Shown here: in pieces, positions 1 through 15,700 of the stretch
Position numbering within the stretch: the first letter of the stretch is position 1
Layout: every line of letters begins with the position of its first letter
Assembly (NCBI GenBank): GCA_964035545.1
Contig: OZ037771.1
Location: 7,473,190-7,537,189 of the forward strand
Direction of reading: 5' to 3'
From: Bugula neritina
Lineage: Eukaryota; Animalia; Bryozoa
Length of the DNA stretch: 64,000 bases
Notes under the pieces: model-generated
Database searches by the model: none
What the model was told of the DNA's origin: nothing
Seen by the model: the letters and a program-made list of their open reading frames with translations, nothing else
Made by a program: the position numbers and the translations under genes

Positions 1-774
1 ATTGTATGTAATTAAGGTTATATATAATAATGGATGATTACTGAGCAACTCAAATTCAAACACAGATTTGGGTCATTTTAATAATTGTTCAGTACACATC
101 AATAGGTTAAAACTAAAAATTGCAGTTTTCTCTAAATACTTAAAATTTACTATTTGTGATAGGTTTATGTGCTGATTCTAACTATGCATAGCAAAAAATG
201 CTGAGAGGGGGTTCTGCAACATTAAATTAGGAAAAAACTTAAAGACTCAAGCAGAATGAGAAAGAGTTTTGATTATTTTTGTTAGTATTAGAATTATGAG
301 TTTGGGGCAAAAAGTTCATATACATAAGCAGCTAAATTGTGAAAACTAAATAAAAACTAGAGATATCGAGTGTGTTGTAAAGTAAGTAAAATGACACATT
401 TGCAATTATAAAGTAACGCCTGAAATACCAGTTTGTAACATCAAACGTTACTTACAACTGAGTCTGCCTCATAAGTCTTATTTCAAACAAAGGACGGGGG
501 GGGGGGGGGTGAGAAGCGCTCAATACGCCAGCATGCGTGATAGCTGCTGGTAGACAACCCGGAGTATCGAACGGCTCTCAGAGTACCGGCAACCCGGGAT
601 TTCAATTATAATTTGGAATAATACGAGCCCCCTGAGAGATACCCTCAATGTTATAATGAGTTGATGAGAATAGTACAGCCGACAGTCACTGATTCACGCC
701 ACTTATTTAGTAATAAAGTGCGAACTAAGGACGGTAAATTGACATACATGCAGCAATTAAAGATCAAAACTTAC

Positions 775-3700
775 GTGAAGGAAACTTGCTGATATTATTC
801 GCTACTCTAATCAACAGTCTGGCAGCAATGAGATGCTGACCTCTCCTGGCGTGTTGCTAAAACAAATAGAGTAGCTAATTTCATGATTAAGTTCGGCTGC
901 AGAATGGTTGAGAGGGGTTGTGGTCTTCTAAACCAAAGATGTCTCTTGTATTTCACCTTGAACCAGGTTTTTGAGCTGCTTAGGAGGAAATAAACTGGAA
1001 TGTGCTTAGTCAGGGGCATTACAAAGGATTAATTCCCTGATAGAAAATAAAAAAGTAATAAAATTCCCACATAACAGTTCAAAATACTGCTAAATAGTTT
1101 GGATTAACAGATAGAGTGTGTTGTAACAGTCTGGTGAAATAAAATAAAAACATGCTAGAAATACCATGTAGTGAAATAAATGGAGATTTCTACAAACAAT
1201 CGCTGCAAACGGATCAAAATGAACAGCATATAATTTTACTCATCTAGTCACACAAGTTAATATGTGAAAATTTATAACAAATAGTAAGAGTTGTCTTCTT
1301 ACGTCAAATACAGTTTACCATATGATTTGATATGAAGAAGCTTTGAATGGATACCCAACATAACATGTGTAGGGATTACCTTGACCAGCATGTAGGAGTG
1401 AAGTATCATAAGATTGTTCTGCATGTCTACCGGAACCTTGATCCCTTCCTTGCGAAGTTCCTCGTACATGTTGAACAAGACGTCGTGTGCGTTCCTATAC
1501 TGACCGGCGTTCTGCTCCTCTCTGGCAATTATGATGGCCGTCCGAGCCGCCTCGGGGTACTGCTTCAGCGCCATGTATAGTCGGAACAAATATTTGGCAT
1601 CCTAAAGACAAACAGGAAGCGAAATCAGAATTATTTTAATGCAATTTTGCAACAGCGTGTATTGATTCAACCACTAACACAGAATAGGCCACCCAAGCAG
1701 ACAACGCAAACTCCTTAAATGGTGTACATGACTTGGTCGTATAAAAGGCCATTTTGAGTGCAGAATCCATGGTATAATATATGCCTTTATTAAAAGTACT
1801 ATTTCAAGGATTGATGTCGGATTAGAATTAGCAAACCGCACAAACATTTTGCCAAGTTCAAACAGGTGCCACAAAGTGCCACAAGGTGTGACATCTCACT
1901 TGTGTATTGCTTGCATAATTATTTTCAATGTGTTAGACTAGAATTTCTTGACCCACAAATAACGATTTGCTAACGGAGCGCAGCTATGCAAACAGTACCG
2001 CAGCCCTCACTGCGCTGAATGTCAGGTAATAGAAATTAACAAGAGACGGCCTTGAACATGGCTGGATGTATCACCATTAAAAACAAATAAAAAATTGTTT
2101 TAATAAAGGAAAACGAAGCAGTTACTTTAGGCATGCCATCAGTTTCTCCCATCAGGAAGTTGATGAGAACCCGAGTGAGACTATCATCATTGGCCTGGCC
2201 AACGGTCTCTATAGCCAGGTCTATGCTCTGCGTGTCTTCTATACTCTGCACTCGTAGGAAATGCTTTAATGCCTGTCAGGAATACAACATAATACGTATA
2301 CATGTACAGAAGAAAGGATGGCTTATAGGAGTCTGCATTGACTTTTCACAATCCACAAGTTTACTCTGCACCAATTAGCAGAAGGTTGAAAAGGATGTGA
2401 CTGACATACACAGAGGGCAGTCAATAGCAAACAAGGAATGACAAATCCCAAATAAGCAAGCAAGGGCTCAATGCATTAAAAGTATAACATAAATTTTGTT
2501 TGAATGGAAAATTGGTGTTGGGAAAACTATTACAAAATCTAAAACTTTCCTCTATATAAATAGAAAGCAATTAGGATATATTATGGCATCGTGATTTCAG
2601 TAGAACCTGTCCCCCACCCAGCATTGGGTGAGCACCCCCATTGAGAGAACCCACGAAGATGAGTGTAGCATTGCACAATGCCAATAGTTACCCTGGAATA
2701 TTGGCCACAGAACAAGAAAAACTTCCCAGCCATAAAATGATTCTTTTCATTCTCAAAGTAAACGGCGATGCTTTGATAATCTTCTGGAGTCGCGTCAGAC
2801 CCTAAAGAGAAAAGCAGATATTGCAGTAGCTAGTATTTACATAGACTGAGTGCCTATATTGATACATTGAGACCGCAGGCTATCTAAACCTACACGCTAG
2901 GCAACAGTTGAAAGTTAAAACATAACATAAGCATCATTATTTTTTATTCAAAATGAACGTATTGACAAGATGAAATACGCTGTATACACTATAATGTCTA
3001 CAATGAACTCTAAATGAGCTCAGTGATTGGCTAATTGGCTAACATGATGGTTTATGGTAAACTGAAAGTCATATCGTCCCAGTTAATAATATGACATTGC
3101 ACTGTACTTTAATAGACTAGAATTTAATTACTCTTAAATTATTAGCATTATTCAAACCTATAGCACTAGATTTTGACACTCTACGAAACGTAGTTAAGGT
3201 CCTGCCACAGGAAGCGGAATCTCATGGGCAAAGCAGTATGCAATGAGAACCTACCGAGAAAGTCCGCTACCACACACTACACGCTGCCGAAGGGACTCCA
3301 GTGAACAATTGCATTTGCCAATAACTTTATTGCCCCGCATTGTAAATTGTTATATTTTGAAATTTCATTCACGACTTTCAGTAACTCAAAGTTATTAAAA
3401 TAAAATAAGAAACTGAAAAAGTTATAGTACCCAGCTGTTACCGCATACATTTTTACAGAATTGATTCATCTTGTTTATCGCATAAAACATTTAGCCATCT
3501 GTTTTTTCACTGACAGTTCATTTGGATAGTTGCTTGATGTGGCAGGACCTTTTTTGCTATAGGATGACTATACAACGCCACACCTATGATGTCAGCATAG
3601 ACTTCCATCTGACTATGCTGCTGAGCAAGCTGGAAAGCTTCGTCATTACATTTGCTCATCACCAGAAACTGTATTGCTGTGCCAAAGTCACTTAGTTTGA

Positions 3701-6700
3701 TGAAGAACTTGGCGACCATCTTAGCGCCATCAATGGACTCCGACTCACGAACAACTCTGACAGCTTCATCGGGATTCTGGAGATGGTCTAACTGTATCCT
3801 GTTAGTATGTAATTGTATAGTTAAACGAGTTGAAAAATGAGAACATCATTAACAAGGGTAAATTAAAAGTGGTGATGTCATAAGGATATTTTAGAAGTGA
3901 TGATGTCGCAAGGGCACAATCAGTCTTGAATTGCATACAGCTTTCTCTTGAACTACAAAATGTATTCTTATGAAAACTAGGTTTAACTTTGTAGAGTTTC
4001 AAAGTTTTTCTATTTGTATAAATACACAGTATGAGATAAGATGCTGTAATAATGATGCACAATCTTCTGCTGGCACGCTGGAAAACTCCCTGACTAATGT
4101 AGTATTGATAGCAGATGAGCTTTCGTACAGTTCACTTTTTCTTATACTACATGGATGAGTTAATTGTTGTATATATTGACAAGTGTTAGTTGCATTCTTT
4201 CCTGTATTTGTTCATTGTAATTTTAGTCAAAGTTTATTGTAATTGCTGTTTTAAAATAACTGTATACATACTATTTTTGAATTTGAATTAAAGACAAGTG
4301 CTACTAAAATAATAAATTCATAAAACAAAACCTAATGTAAGTCAAGTTGGAATTTTAGCTGCCACTGCTAGAGTAATGGTTACCTGATGACGTTGTCCCA
4401 ATCCTTGGCGCTGGAGTATGCTGCCGCAGCTTCTTTGTACTTCCCATCCTGTTCCTTAGCCTTAGCATACTGTATGTGTATTTTAGGGGATGTCACTTGA
4501 GGCAACAACTCGCCTACTTTAGCCCTAAATCCAAAACAACATCAAATGTTGTAAGTGCTGCATGATAGCAAATCATGTAAGTTAATTGGTTATGTTTGAC
4601 ACGAAATATTTCTGCAGCAGTTAATGAATGCATCACACTCACCAGTTCTTAGATTTGATGTAGACTGAGGCGGCTTTGTCCCAGTATTCTCCCTTTTCGT
4701 ACAAAAGAGCAGCTTCCGACCACTGTTTCATAGTTTCCAGAATAGCAGCGCATTCCTTTTTCAAAACTCGGCTGGGCATTTTCAGAGCCATGTTTACACC
4801 TCTGCATAATTATTATTTACAAATGAAGTTAAAATACACATACATAGCACAAAATATAACCCGATAATGGATTAACGCAAGCAGTGTTTAACAAACGAAA
4901 AGATAACTCTTTCTCCAAGAATACTTATTTGTGGAAGACAAACAAAAAAAATTTAAATAGTTTTGACAAAACTGTCAATTTTTGCGTTTTGCTGGTCATC
5001 AAACCAACCATTAAGACCTGCAGTTAGCAGCAAAGAATTTTAAGTTCTACTCTTTATTTTTTCAGCCATTTGCAAAAATTACCACAGCAACACAGCATGC
5101 CAAGAGAGAGGCATATCACCATGACAACAAGCAAACCTTCTGATGTCACCAGTCCTGATGCTCATCCTGGCCACTCCGGCAGCACAAGCCTCGTCGTGGT
5201 CCCTCCTAGCCTCCTCTCTTGTTATGCCAGACTCGTAGTGTCTGAGGGCGTTCTGAGAGTCACCAGTAAACTCTAGCTGCTGCGCGTACTCTTTGCTAAT
5301 GTATGGTATCTGATCAGGTGCTAGTCTCTTTGCCAAGTTCAGAGCACTGTCCCAATGCATCAGGTCTCGTCTCATCTACACAACACATTTATATGAGTAT
5401 GACAGCTCATTACTGGAGTATTCAGTCACCAGAGTACTTGGTTATCTGGGGGCCCCAAAAAATGTATATAGGGCTCTAATATAAATTGGTTGTGGAGTAC
5501 TGGCTATGTCAACAAATGACATGAACTATCAACAGTTGGTATAAACTATCAACAGTTTAAGGAGACATACTATCACTGTTTCAACTCTTGACTTGAAATA
5601 TAACTTTGCTTGGATTTCTTGTGCAAATTTCTCGGTATTTTGGAAATAAATATTTCAATTGTAAAAATCACAAGATTATTTCCTCGTTTGGCAAGTAATT
5701 GTCCAGAGTTTTGATAAAAGCTCAGGCATGGCCAGCAATTCTTCAGATACAATCTGCAGAGGGTCTTTGTTCATGACAATAAAACTACATCGTAGAATGC
5801 TATTTGCAATATATACTCTGATTATTTAACTAAATAGAAATACTGAAATGTGTACATAATCGAATAATGCTATAAACTGGCTCTTTTCAGGTTGCCATAT
5901 GATATGTTAACTGAGAAAGGTTTAATGGGAGAACGGCTTTTCTATTTAAATACATTCAGTGATTATTTTTCCTGCAAATTATTAAATAGTTTATTAGAGA
6001 AAACTATTCAATGTGAGTAAATCATAGAATAATTAACTTGACAGTCTACAATAACATAGTGTCAATAGTTTAGAGTCTAGGTCATAAGGTAATATGTCTA
6101 TATTTAACCTGAAATATCCATTCAGTGTAACTAGTCAATAATGTTACCAAGTTTTACCACGTCCACTCTCTACTCTACAGTCTATACTCTACAGTCCCTA
6201 CTCTACAGTCTATACTATACAGTCTATACTATACAGTCTATACTATATAGTCTATACTATACAGCCTATACTATATAGTCTATACTATACAGTCTATACT
6301 ATACAGTCTATGCTCTACAGTCTATACTCTACAGTCTATACTATACAGTCTATGCTCTACAGTCTATACTATACAGTCTATACTATACAGTCTATACTAT
6401 ATAGCCTATACTATACAGTCTATACTCTACAGTCTATACTATACAGTCTATGCTCTACAGTCTATACTCTACAGTCTATACTATACAGTCTATACTATAC
6501 AGTCTATACTCTAGACAACCTGTAAATTTTTAGGCAGCTGCACTTTTTTGCTTCTTTAAGATGACTTTTGTGTTGCTAACTAAACGAAAAACTGATGTAA
6601 AAACTTTCTAATTTAAATACTGATAAAATAGGTTGAAAGTCAGATATTATAATTGTTTCTTTTTTTAACATAATACAATAATAATAGATTAAACGAGCAA

Positions 6701-9700
6701 TAAGTGGTGAGCATTTCCATTTCTCTGAGTTTTTATTAAATAAGTATTTGCACTCAAGAGAAATTAAGGGTGAATAACCAGCCATTGTAATGACTCTACA
6801 AACTCTATTTTCTTTAATATTGTTGTAAACAATTTATAAAATCTTAATAAGAAGGCAACTCCAAAAAACATTGCCCTCTTCATTAACTTTCTGACATTTA
6901 GATATATACAAGGTGTCAATTATAGCTTATATATTGTTTAAAAGTTCTACAATCTACATTTTACACTTCAAAGTTTATATTCTAGACACCACATTCTACA
7001 CTCTACATTTTATACTAATGATTTAATACCCATATAGCTAGAATTGAGTAACCCTGCATTGCAGTGAAGACATATTTACAAAGTTTCTAACACCACAAGG
7101 TATTTTATGTTGAAATAATCTAATATTAGCTGCACTATTGCCAATACCTTGGATTCTATATTCTGCCAATAAAATACGCATTAAGACAATGCCCGGATTA
7201 TTATACAAATTTAATTGATGGATTTTAAACCTCAACATTATTCATTATGGCAGTTGTACTGTAACAAAGCTCACCCACTGATCAACACTTTTATATCTGA
7301 ATTAGACCCCAGGGACTCATACATTCATCTGTTTGAAACCATTTCAAGATTTTTGGACAATCAACCTAATACAACTTTGCACCACAACTGCCCCTGTAGC
7401 CTTAGCAACCTAACATAAATATTGATTCAAAAAATTTGATCAGCACTAGGGTGAACTAATTGAAATTTATGGTTTTTAAAATACTCTTCATGCACGCACA
7501 TGTCTGATAAAAGTTATATTTATAAACTATTGCACAGAGTTACGACAACTACCTTTGGTTCACTTTTAGGACGTCAATTAATCAGTCAGTAAACAGTACA
7601 TATATTTCCTGCCTACAAAATACTGTAAAAAAATCACGCAAGTTTATACTCACCATCCCTGTGGAAACCCCTGATGGGAAGTTTTTTTGTTATATTGGGC
7701 TAAGGACTTTTTCAGATGAGGCACAAGAGCAATTATGACTGGATGCTCTTCCAGACATCACCAATGGCCTTTCTCGGGCTCAAACCCATGACTTCGTGCT
7801 TACTAGGCAAACGCTCTAACCCTAGACCACGGCTCCTCCCTTACACAATACTGTAAGGCAGCAAGCACATACCTCCAGCGCTGCCAGGGGTAGACTGGAT
7901 TCCATGAACGCTGCCTGAGCGGCATCAAACTCTCCCAGAAACATGGCGACGTAACCGGCCAGAAGTTTGTGGTCTTCGAGGGTTCGAATTTTGTGCAATG
8001 ACAATACCATACCCACGTCCCCAATGTGCCGGTAAACTCTTAGGGCTGAAGGTAAATAAGCAACAAATGTAACAGTCTAACAGTAGTTATCCCACTCACT
8101 GCAAAAATGTTTTGAAAACTTAGCATTATACTCTAAAGCCAAGATAACAAGATAACAAGGTAACACTCGCATCTAATAAAAAACAAAATTTTAGATTTCT
8201 TCTTATTGGGTAAAACAATAATTAATTTATTCCAATTGATTTAAAAATGATCTTTTTAAAGAACTCAGCTTTTAACAGAGTGATTAACATGCCCTTTAAC
8301 CCTTTGACTCTAACGTTCTAATATAGCACAATGTATAGCAAGTGCAAAGCATAGGGGTGGAGGGTTTAGATATAGTACAGGGGAAGAGTGGCTAGAATGA
8401 CTAATTATAGAACATACCATCATAGTACATTAGAACATAAAATAGTATACTATACTGTAATATAAAATCATACTATATCTTAATGAACTGTATCAAGATA
8501 ACACAAACATAGCCTGCATACCAAAGTCAATATCAAGGGCTCTTAGGGCAGCCTTCCCCATTTGCAACCAGGCTTCCATAGAATTCAGATGCTTGCAGAA
8601 GTCCCAGGCTTCTTTAAATCTCCTCAACTTAATGCACTGTTCAAGGGCTTTGCTCAGCTGTAAAACAACCAAGAAAGAATTATTGAAGATAAAATATATA
8701 CTATATAACAGTCAGCATATATAATTATATATAACTGGAGACGCTAATACTATGGTGTGTTAATCCCTTTACATTTTGCAGTTGGACTATGTTCATAGCA
8801 TATGGTAATTTAAAAGAGAACACTATATTACATACACATGGAAACAGTCTCCAGTTATAGTTACTCCATAAAATGAGTACCAGATATGGCACACTGTAAT
8901 ATGCTAGTCATGTCACGTACACTAGGGTGTCTTAGAACATATGAACTAAGTTAAAACCACCTTAAGATCGTGTCACCAACCATCACATACTGCAGCAATA
9001 TTATTTTTAGACACCTTTTCACACCAATATGAGGTCAAAATGTACATCTATACCTGCATAAAGCCTCTTTACAATAAGAAAGAAGAACAAAATGCCTAAA
9101 AACGCATATTTGCAATTTGTATATCTTGTGGCTAGTAATGTGACGGTGCCAACATCGCCTTTCAAGTTGGGTGTACGACAGACTACAAAGAGTGAGTTCC
9201 ACTGCTAACGGAACTGCTCTAGTCAATTCTATCTGATGTTAATATTGGAAACTTGCCAGCAGCTCCAGTTATAGACCTTTTAGTAACTGAAGCATTACCA
9301 GTTCCCGCGGAATAAATTGAATATAATTCAATTCGAAGATTTGAATGTTTGAGATGTTCAAAATTCAAATGAAAGAAATATAACTGAATCAGACATCAAA
9401 TGCTTACGAAGGAACTGCTTTTCGTTAAGTTTATAAAACTTTTAACATATTTTGTGTAACGAGTAATTCATTAAAGACTAAAATTTGTTGGTGCTGTGAT
9501 TGTAGTGAAATTATAAAAAAGTTGTAGAAAAAGGTAGAAAAGTACTCTACTATTAATTTGTATATCAGCAGACAATACATACGTCTGTTAGAGTGAGGTC
9601 TTGAGCTTTGCGTGTTGTGTGTGACTCTAGGACTATGTTCATCACTTTGCCACTGGGAGTCTGAAGAGTTACCTCCCCACAGTTGAGCATTATTGGCACT

Positions 9701-12700
9701 GTGCCAAAAGGCAGCTTGGTCTTACCAGCAAGGAGACACTCATTACCTGGCAGCAGAGGGAGAAGAATGAGCAGCCAGCCCTTCGAGTTGGCTCAGGTGA
9801 AACAGCAAATACCGGGCAAATTTTTCTGATAGACATCAAAAGTAAAAACTGTGTTATCAAAGCCTTTTTTCTAGTACCCTTAATCATTTTTACAAATCAA
9901 GTGAATTTGGATAACATTCGAACTCATTCCTAACATAAAGCATGCTGCTGAAAATGGGAACTGATAGAATTTGTCGAAAATCACAGATGCATTAGCCTAA
10001 GATTTAGTGACGCAGAGGATCCAGCTATAAGGTAGCCGGCTATACCCCGACATGTTTCAGTTTTATATATGATACAGTAGGAGACTCGAGGGTTCCAACG
10101 CAAGGATTACCAGGAGAAAAATATAGATACTTGTGAGCCCAAATTCTTGACAGATTTGTGCATATTGATTTAACTAAACATTTTATAGGCTGTATAATGT
10201 AACTTAGGTGAAAAAAAAATTTATTTTAGTTTGTTTTGGTAAAGTATCAGCTGTATGTACTACACGTATCGCACACAAGTACAGTGAGCATAACTTTGAC
10301 GGCTGAAGAGACCAGCAGAGTAAATGTACATTGAAAGGTGAGAAACTAATAATAGTTCTCCAGTGCATATTCTGCCAAGTATGTCTAGCATACCTTTGAA
10401 CTTATTCAGAACTGTAAGAACTACCAGCAACATTTGAACTACTAACACAAAGCAGAGAAAAAGTATAAGATGAGCCTCCTTTCCAAATGCTATTGGCTCA
10501 GTTTTGTTATCAATGAACAGCTGGGAATAGTAATATTAACAGATTTTAACAAAAAGATTTTATGAGACATTTGTAAATTACTATAATAATCAATGATTAG
10601 CAAATACAATTTTCCTTTAAATTTTGAAAATTAAATTTTAGTTATCATTAGATGTCATCACCCTAAAATAATGTGCAAAAAATCCACCACTTTCTAACAA
10701 CAGCTACTTTTCAAATTCCCCCACATCTAACTATTTTAAAATATGACCAGGCAATCTGAAAAAAAACTTCTCACCTTGATTCAAACCAAATAAATTTACA
10801 GGTTTAAAGCCTGACCAAAAATAACTTGTGTTTCGGCCAATTAATTTTTCAGTTTAAAAAACAAAGTTTCAAAAAATTATGATAATGCCAAAAGACAGTA
10901 AAAAGATTTCTTTTTCATAAATCATAACTTTGCAAAAAAATTTACAAAGGGAACTGACTAATTTGATTGATCTAATCTTGCTGCGGTCTTAATTATTATA
11001 TGCAGACAGATGAAGCACGAGCATGCTGTAGGGAAGAGCAACTTAGCAACTACAATTGCAGCTAACATGCACATGGGCAGACAATCTAGCAGATGAGATA
11101 TACTACGTGGCAGATGGGAGTGTATACATAGCAGATAGGAGTATATACATGGCAGATGGGAGTGTATACATAGCAGATAGGAGTATATACATGGCAGATA
11201 GGAGTATATACATGGCAGATAGAAGCATATACATGGCAGATAGGAGTATACACATGGCAGATGGGAGTGTACACATGGCAGATAGAAGCACATACATGGC
11301 AGATAGGAGTGTATACATGGTAGATAGGAGTATATACATAGCAGATAGGAGCATATACATAGCAGATAGGAGTATAGACATGGCAGATAAGAGTATATAC
11401 ATGGCAGATAGGAGTATATACATGGCAGATAAGATTATATACATGGCAGATAGAAGTATATACAGGGCAGATAAGATTATATACATAGCAGATAGGGGAC
11501 AGTGGGATATGGAAGAGGGAGCTCATCTACTTACAAAAACCTCTGTACCCTGCAGCAGCTGAAAGTTACCATTAAATACAAGCAATAATCATAAAGCTCA
11601 AACAAATACTTGGTAAACTAAAACACTGTTTAAAAGATATTACTAAAATTTTTATCCAATACACCTAGGTGCTATAAACACAAGTGAATGCATAGAAACA
11701 TCAAAGGCTGTAGGTATTGTTCAAAATCAGATTTCGATCTGAAAATGAACCAAAATATTAAATTCAGAGTTTATACTTTTTTTCTCTGCTGTAAAACCTC
11801 CCCATTCTACTAAGCAAATGACTGCATACACCCCTTCCCGCCAGTAATATCTCTTCTATATTAGAGAAAACTACAGAGTGTAAAATTTCAATATTCATTA
11901 CACATGTTTTGAGTTATCTTACCTTTCATGGTATGCTTGGAGTAAATGAATGAGTAGATGGTCTCACTATCATACGCAATGAAAACACCGCCGTCAGTTT
12001 GACTGTTTTCCCATAGAATACCTCGACATTGAATAGGAAACTCCTGAATGTCGACCAACTCGTCGTTCACCTGAACAAAACATACCAGACACACTGACAA
12101 AATATCTCTTGTGGATATGAGGACTGATATATTCCTAAACAGCATTGGAATAGATCACTCGTGTGCAAAAAGCAGACTATAAAATTTGTATCAATATGTT
12201 ACGCAGTTGATTTTTATAGGCTTTCACCTCAAAACAAAGATTTCATCCAATCAAATAACTTTCTAACAAATATTTAACAATTTTTAAGAGCTAATGGTAA
12301 TAGCTTCACTTGCAATGATTACAAATAACAGGATTCAGTTATAACAACAAGAGCCAAGTAATGGAGCAGAGAGATCAATGTTACTCACGGGGTTGTACAC
12401 AAACCCATCTCCTTTCTCGTCAACAAAGATAAGCCGAGTTCCAGAGTGGTCCGGGTAGAGTTGCTTCACCCCGCACACGTGTCTGTACTCATTCACGTAA
12501 CCCCAGTCCTCAATGAAGAAGTATTTGATATCTCCTTTCTAACAACAGACAATGTATTCACATATATGATGACTAGAAAGTTTTAAATGTCAATATGTAG
12601 GAGTTGTTTCTCCAATATATTCTGACCAACTAGGGAAAACTGGTGCAAAAGATTTATTTGAGCTGAAAAAATTACCCACATGTTTCATTGAAAACAGAGT

Positions 12701-15700
12701 TATTGGCCGAGAGTGTCAAAATTCAAATGAAATGTAAATAAACTTAAATGCCGGGCTTTAATCGTAGACTATTATTATCCAGTTATGACTTTTACTTAGT
12801 ATATGATTATTCATAACACAAAATAATAGCCATCTCTCACTTTTTATATAATGACTTTTCAACATTTCGCTGCTAACACTGTTTCAGAGAATTGCAAGGG
12901 ACTATACTGTATACTATCCAATGATTGTGAAAATCCAGTGAAATTTACTATTAGTATTACATCGTAATATAATTTAATATTATACACATTATATTATATT
13001 ATTACTTTCTGTTACGCACAAGGACTAAAACGGTGCGAATTATATATTAGATTATATGAAGTATGCTAAAGTAGAAAAAGAGGTGATTTGAATAAAGCAA
13101 AACATTTTAATCAGCTCTTAGGAGTGAAAAGTGTCCAGATAATAAGATAACTAACAAATGAAATTGAGCTGGAGTTGTCTTATTATAAACACTGTACATA
13201 CATCTGTGCCAAATATCAGGAACTCTGGGGTCATGTCATGACAAAGGATACGAGCATCACTATTTCCTTCCGGAAAAAGACATCCTTCCCTTTCCTCGTC
13301 CACTGCGCCATTCTCTGTATCAATCTACATCATAAACAGACATATTACATGCATTCAGAGTTACCTACTCGTGGAAAGGTGAAGATAACTCTGAATTAAT
13401 AATAACTAGAATCAAACTTAGGTTAAAAACAGCACGTTATCTTTAGTGTGGCGTATGAATTATGATGATTTTTTTCAAAAACAAGCATCATTAGTCATTG
13501 TATGATGTAATATACTACAATATACAATGCTCCTTTGTAGCTTATGAATCCTTTTCTTACAAAATTCCATAGGTTACGTGAACGACTTGGACCTTCATTT
13601 TTTCTCTTATGTATGTGTGTATAGGGCAAAATGGCTTTATTTAACAAATCTGGTATTCTACTATGTCACAAATTGAGGTTTCTAGACCCGTAGTGAGATA
13701 TGGAGGGAACACTGTGAATAACTTCCTGTATATTTCACGCGAATGACTCACCGTGTGAAGCTGCAGCCGACCGTCAAACGAGACGGCAGCATAGTCATCG
13801 TTGAGTTTCACAGAGTTTACCGTACCATTATACTCTCTGTCCGTCAGCTTTACTGGACCTAGAGGCAGCAAACAACAACATATACATAATATTGCATCAT
13901 AATGCGCAACTATAAATAAGTAGGGGGCTATTATAACATATTGAACACAAAATTTAATATTCTCATTCTATTCATTAACAAATTTATAGAAGGGGGTGAA
14001 AATATATATTTATAAATATGCAAAACTGAAAACGTTATAAAATTATAGAAATAAAAAGCCACATTGAATCTACGACAGTATACATTCTCACTCAACTAAA
14101 CAAAGATATAAAAAGCATAACTCTAGAAATACGACTGCAAACATCTACAAGAAAAGATAACTACTGCATAGTGCAACACAGAGAGTATAAACTAAGGCCT
14201 ATAAGCTAAGAACACGGCTGCTGCTACTAGCTTGACACCCTCCAGAAGTTATGGCAAAATTAGAGATTTATGGTTTGACAAAAACATTGAAAGGTTCTAT
14301 AGTATTGATTTACTTGCAGATATATTAATAAATTGCTATTTAAGAATTTCACACTTTATTTATGTAACAATAAAGTATTCATATATATCTTAGCAATCAT
14401 TTACAGACTTTTTGAGGATTGTATGCTTCAACAAGTTTGTTTTATAAAAAACTTGTGTGCTCATGTTAATGACGTTTTCGGTCAGCTCTGGAGTTCTTTG
14501 TATTATAAAATTAATACTAATTATTGCTAACTTTCATTGCATGCTAATCTTCACTGCTGCAACACACAGCCTGATCACTGAGCTGGATTCAAAAATACAA
14601 ACAAAACTGTTTGAGCAGACAAATCTAAAACAGTCTGTAGAAAATAGCTAAAATATATATAAACATTTTAATACTGTATAAATGAAATGAGTCAGGGATT
14701 CTTCAGTTATATACATAATTCTAGGTAAAAGTTGATAGAACAAATTTAATAATTTCAACTTGAAAATTCATTTCGCACGATAATTAGATATATGAATACT
14801 GACGAGCCTAATCATGTGGTGTCAAGCATCTTCAAACTCACTCAACACAAAGCTGCCAATACAACATAAGAAATACAAACATGCAATGACTACACTTACC
14901 GCCAAACAAATGCATACGGCCTTGTAGTGACCGAATATTTGTCAACTCGCGAGCTGCAAACGAGTGACAAGTTATCATTTATTACTGACCACCACAACAT
15001 CAGTGAAGGTCAGGTGTTTATCAAACTAAAGCTTGGAGAGTTGTTGAGGAGAGAAGACAACTCTTCGAACACTATACAACGTTTTGTTAAGAATATCAGT
15101 GTTTGTGAGTTACTTTCCCCTGCATTAAATCCTTCTTAGTATTATTCAATATAACGATTATTATAATGTAGATATAAAAAACATAAACAGAAATGTAAAA
15201 TATAAACAATAATAAAATATGCGCGCACACATACACACATGCGAGAGCGCACGTGCAGTGTATGTAGAGTTGAAGAGTAAACGTACCCCCTGGAGCGAGT
15301 ACATAAAACCACACTCTGTTGTTCATAGCCGTGGCGAGGTGATACGGCCCGAGGCCAACCAGTGTCGGTTCAATCTCAATGGGAACCGTGACAGGCTGTT
15401 CACCATTTACAGAGTCCTGGATTGTCACCTACAGGCAGAAGGTAAGTGTAAGTATACTGTGTAGTCATAGTGTAAGTATGCTGTGTAGTTATAGTGTAAA
15501 TGTTCACATATTTGAAAACCAGAATAGTTTGCAAGTATCTGAAATAATGACGTAGTATAGCATCAAGTAGTAAGGGCAGTGTAGTGTAGTATTATACTGT
15601 AGTGTAGTATTATACTGTAGTGTAGTATTATACTGTAGGGTAGTATTATACTGTAGTATAGTGTTATACTGTATTGTAGTGTTATACTGTAGTGTTATAC

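Noticed and set aside
3170-3210. Hammerhead ribozyme suggested by the GAAAC hairpin
   Set aside because: No CTGANGA core nearby.
10958-11562. Long ORFs on both strands (MADRSIY repeats)
   Set aside because: Translations of a 21-bp intronic minisatellite; the flanking WDR19 exons join without it.
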